Origin: Nitrospirales bacterium
GTDB lineage: Bacteria > Nitrospirota > Nitrospiria > Nitrospirales > UBA8639
DNA length: 64,000 nt
Assembly: GCA_965223295.1 (NCBI GenBank)
Contig: CBDCWC010000003.1
Coordinates: 1,248,001-1,312,000, forward strand
Reading direction: 5' to 3'
Under the pieces are notes generated by a model. That model saw only the letters and a program-made list of their open reading frames with translations, did not search any database and had not been told where the DNA came from. Shown here one piece after another: positions 61,047 to 64,000 of the stretch; position 1 is the first letter of the stretch, and every line of letters starts with the position of its first letter. The translations under genes and the position numbers were made by a program.

Positions 61047-61976
61047 CTATAGCTGCTGGATGACATATCCTTTTTCGCGAAGAGCTGTGATCAGACCTTC
61101 TTTCCCAAGAAGATGGAGTGCTCCGACCACAATAAAGACCGGTTCATTCTCCTGAAGTGCATGCTCAATATGTGGAAGCCAACTATGATTTCGATTGACC
61201 ACAATTTCTCGGAATAGTTCTGGGTACTCTCGCATTCTATCAAGTAATGCTCCAAGATCTTGAGCGTTCCCTTGTTGCCAGGCCGTGACCATTTTCTGAA
61301 TTTCTCCCTCAAGATCTTTTAGCTCTTCTAATGTCTGCATGAGGAACTGCACCTGAATTGCTAGTGGCAACTGGTTAAAGAGATCCAACTGAAACTCTAC
61401 TGTTTCTAGTCCTTGAATGTGTTTTCCTGCAGCCTCGGCTTTTCTAAAATAGTGACGATCAACACCATATGCATTTTCAAATCCTAACTTTTGAAGCTCT
61501 AAAGCCATAACCGCTGTCGCAGCCATCCAAGGTTTCATCCGATGAAAATCTTCGATCCGCAGTCCTAGTTCCGTTATCTTGTCTCTCACGGTAGAATAAT
61601 TGTTTGGCGACAACACCGTTTGCAAAGTCTGTCCATTGAGATAGAGACCTTTTTGCATCATAGTCATTTGTGCCGTTGGAGAGGAGATCTTATCTAGATC
61701 CACCTCAAAAATGACTCGTGATGATTGATTGAAGGCATCATCAAATGCTTGACCAAGAGGATAATGCTGGCGCTGTAAGACATGGATGGAACCTGCCAGA
61801 TATATCGTATTTTTCGGCGATTGCACTTTCCATAGGATTTGCGGACTCTCGACAACCGAAGTGTCTTGATCACTACCCACTGCCAACGTATGACTAATCC
61901 AGAGCAACCCGAGAAATATGATCAGTACCCGAATGCTACAGCGAACAAGTCCACTCACCTGTGGTTGATATCTCAT
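61047..61976 (-). CDS. TraB/GumN (Tiki-like) family protein
   Basis: LWKV...YLAGSIH, GVD, GLET, RN..W, VGALHL. Confidence 0.88.
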   Translation of the reverse strand: MRYQPQVSGLVRCSIRVLIIFLGLLWISHTLAVGSDQDTSVVESPQILWKVQSPKNTIYLAGSIHVLQRQHYPLGQAFDDAFNQSSRVIFEVDLDKISSPTAQMTMMQKGLYLNGQTLQTVLSPNNYSTVRDKITELGLRIEDFHRMKPWMAATAVMALELQKLGFENAYGVDRHYFRKAEAAGKHIQGLETVEFQLDLFNQLPLAIQVQFLMQTLEELKDLEGEIQKMVTAWQQGNAQDLGALLDRMREYPELFREIVVNRNHSWLPHIEHALQENEPVFIVVGALHLLGKEGLITALREKGYVIQQL

Positions 61977-62295
61977 GTTGAAACCTCGTTTGGGAGAGAA
62001 AAATCGCGCGTCAACTTCAATTTTTCGGACCGAACGAACAAGAGATTGAGATACTTGCGATGTCAGAGGTTTTCACTTCGACCTTACTGAATCTCTGATA
62101 GCTTAGTCAGACATACCCGGACACGACTGCACCTAATTGACTCGAAAAGTCTATTTATCAAGGTTTTCGCTTGAATGTTATGGTATGTCAAGTTTACTCT
62201 ACGTAGTTAGACTAGACGTTACATCTTCATATGGATCACACAGTACATAGATAGTGTAAGCAAATCCCTAACGAAGCCTTGCTAGGAGGTGAGGT

Positions 62296-64000
62296 ATGCC
62301 ATATGTCATAAAGAACGATACGGTAGTGCTTTTCACTATCAGCATCTTGGCTGCCGCGATTAGCTTCATTGATACATTCGCCTCATTTGGCGTGGCTGGA
62401 TGTGTCCCCTATGTGTTAGTTGTCCTGGGCTCTTTGTTGTTGTCGAATACCTCCGCGCCAGTCATCGCTGCTATTGCATGCACCGTTCTAACCTATGGCA
62501 GCATGCTATTTGCCCCTACGGGCAGTGAATGGGGAAGCATATTCTTGAATCGAAGTTTGGCAGTTTGCGCTATATGGATTACAGCCTTGTTGGGCTTACG
62601 AGTGAAACAACAAATGAGAAGCTTGGAACGTCAGAGTGAACAGCTTCGACGAGACCTGACTGTGCGGGAACAAACTGAGCAGAGGCTAAGACTCCAACAA
62701 AATATTTTGCAAAAAATTGTGGCGGGAACCCATCCGCAGTCTGACATTTTGAACGAGATATGTCTTCATGTCGAGCGCATCCTTCCCTCGGCGATTTGTT
62801 CCATCATGTTGCTTGAAGAACGTACGGGCAAACTGACTGTCGGAGCTGTGCCGAGCGGAGGCGCCACCGCTTGCACAATCTTGGACGGATTGGTCCCCGC
62901 TGAATTGGCCGGAGCCTGCGGGACTGCTGTGCATACGAGAACCACGGTCATCATCGAAGATACTGAGACGGATCCGCGCTGGGAACCCATTCGAGAAGCT
63001 GCACGTCCTTTGGGTATCAAATCTTGTTGGTCTATTCCAGTTTTCGGTAACGATCAACGCATTTTGGGAACGTTTGCCATCTCACACCCTCAGGTTCGAC
63101 GACCTACAACAGCCGACCTGCAACTCCTGGAAACGTCGTCATATCTCGTAGGGATCGCGGTCCAACGTCATCGAGCCGACGAAGCTCAGAAAAGGAGCGA
63201 AGAACGGTATCGCGATTTGTATGAATCGGCTCCTTTCGCCTACTTCACCAGTACAATGGAGGGTCGCATCAAAAGTGCGAATAGTTCTGCCGTGCAACTC
63301 CTTGGGTATTCTCAGACAGAACTCAAGAATCGCATGGTTCTTGACTTGTATGCGCCGGGTAAGAATGGGCAGGAAAAGGCTCAACGTATTCAGCATGAGA
63401 CTCAAGCTGGGAAGGAAGTCGAGGGAGAAGAACTGGAGATGCAACGAGCCGATGGAAGCCATGTGTGGGTGAGTCTGACAGTTAGCCTCATTTATGATTC
63501 TCATGGTCATCCACTAGAACGCCGCGCGGTTGTGAAAAATATTACCCAACGGAAACAACACCGGGAACTTCAAAGCTTGCAAAAGACGGCATTAGAACAT
63601 GTTGTGACTGGAAATACCTTAGACGAAATTTTGAATGGCCTTTGTCAACAGGTAGAGCAGCTAGCTCCTCAGGGAGTCTGTTCAATTTTGACGCTTGATC
63701 CAGACACGAAAATCCTCAGATTCCGGGCTGGGCCTTCCGTTCCAGACTCCTTGGCTAGAGCCCTAGATGGCATGGTTCCCGGTCCATGTGCTGGTTCGTG
63801 TGGAACTGCAACGTTTCGATCTGAGCCGGTCTATGTTGTTAACACGGCTACCGACCCCCTCTGGGCAGACTTGCGAGATGCCGCACAGCAGTACAACATT
63901 GGTGCCTGCTGGTCCTACCCAATCTTTAGGGATGGGAGACAAGTGGTAGGCAGTTTTGCGATCTCTTCTCCTCATCCACAGGCTCCCACAGCTTTTGATA
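62296..64000 (+). CDS. membrane-anchored GAF-PAS-GAF sensor protein (partial, runs off the window)
   Basis: AGGAGG RBS, ATG 62296, open to the window end: TM helices, GAF (GACGTA...SCWSIP...GTFA), PAS (YRDLYESAP...RADGS.VWV), second GAF (GSCGTA...ACWSYP). Confidence 0.85.
   Translation, partial: MPYVIKNDTVVLFTISILAAAISFIDTFASFGVAGCVPYVLVVLGSLLLSNTSAPVIAAIACTVLTYGSMLFAPTGSEWGSIFLNRSLAVCAIWITALLGLRVKQQMRSLERQSEQLRRDLTVREQTEQRLRLQQNILQKIVAGTHPQSDILNEICLHVERILPSAICSIMLLEERTGKLTVGAVPSGGATACTILDGLVPAELAGACGTAVHTRTTVIIEDTETDPRWEPIREAARPLGIKSCWSIPVFGNDQRILGTFAISHPQVRRPTTADLQLLETSSYLVGIAVQRHRADEAQKRSEERYRDLYESAPFAYFTSTMEGRIKSANSSAVQLLGYSQTELKNRMVLDLYAPGKNGQEKAQRIQHETQAGKEVEGEELEMQRADGSHVWVSLTVSLIYDSHGHPLERRAVVKNITQRKQHRELQSLQKTALEHVVTGNTLDEILNGLCQQVEQLAPQGVCSILTLDPDTKILRFRAGPSVPDSLARALDGMVPGPCAGSCGTATFRSEPVYVVNTATDPLWADLRDAAQQYNIGACWSYPIFRDGRQVVGSFAISSPHPQAPTAFD

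Noticed and set aside
1287-61312. Numerous 60-160 aa ORFs nested in or antisense to recognised genes
   Set aside because: No motifs or RBS support; expected shadow ORFs
62686-63975. Several short ORFs in the track near the window end
   Set aside because: They are antisense or off-frame shadows of the long open GAF-PAS-GAF gene starting at 62296
1-64000. CRISPR array, rRNA or transposase
   Set aside because: No regularly spaced direct repeats, cas genes, rRNA or DDE/HUH transposase ORF seen; the repeats found are dispersed

Overview
Bacterial chromosomal window of moderate GC. Gene content and style (expanded secreted hypotheticals, sigma54 promoters, an MNCxRCxGLM zinc-ribbon protein, a Nitrospira-like intergenic repeat) suggest Nitrospirota/Nitrospirales; this is inference only. 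0-14 kb is an accessory redox/sulfur region: di-heme oxidoreductase-like protein, CoA-disulfide/persulfide reductase-rhodanese fusion, DUF2892, tetraheme cytochrome c, SorA-like Mo enzyme, diheme SorB-like cytochrome, TauE, K+ channel and SLC13 permease. The rest is mostly housekeeping: hpnA, ispA, uvrA, ruvB, msrA, leuCD, mreBCD-mrdA-rodA-rng-dprA-topB, tRNA-Leu-tig-clpP-clpX, tRNA-Ser, ffs-dnaX-ybaB-recR. It also holds a DUF1538x2-PII-CBS operon and a TM-GAF-PAS-GAF sensor that runs off the window end. No CRISPR array, prophage, rRNA or transposase was seen. Most notable: (1) a five-copy ~190-bp MITE family with 5-bp target-site duplications and covarying stems; (2) a bacterial FYVE/PHD-type C4HC3 zinc finger coupled to a membrane protein; (3) a histidine kinase with Thr in place of the phospho-His; (4) a betaproteobacterial-type TopB in the usual topA slot; (5) an A10 slippage tract in dnaX; (6) UvrA lacking its insertion domain; (7) a candidate structured RNA between leuC and mreB.
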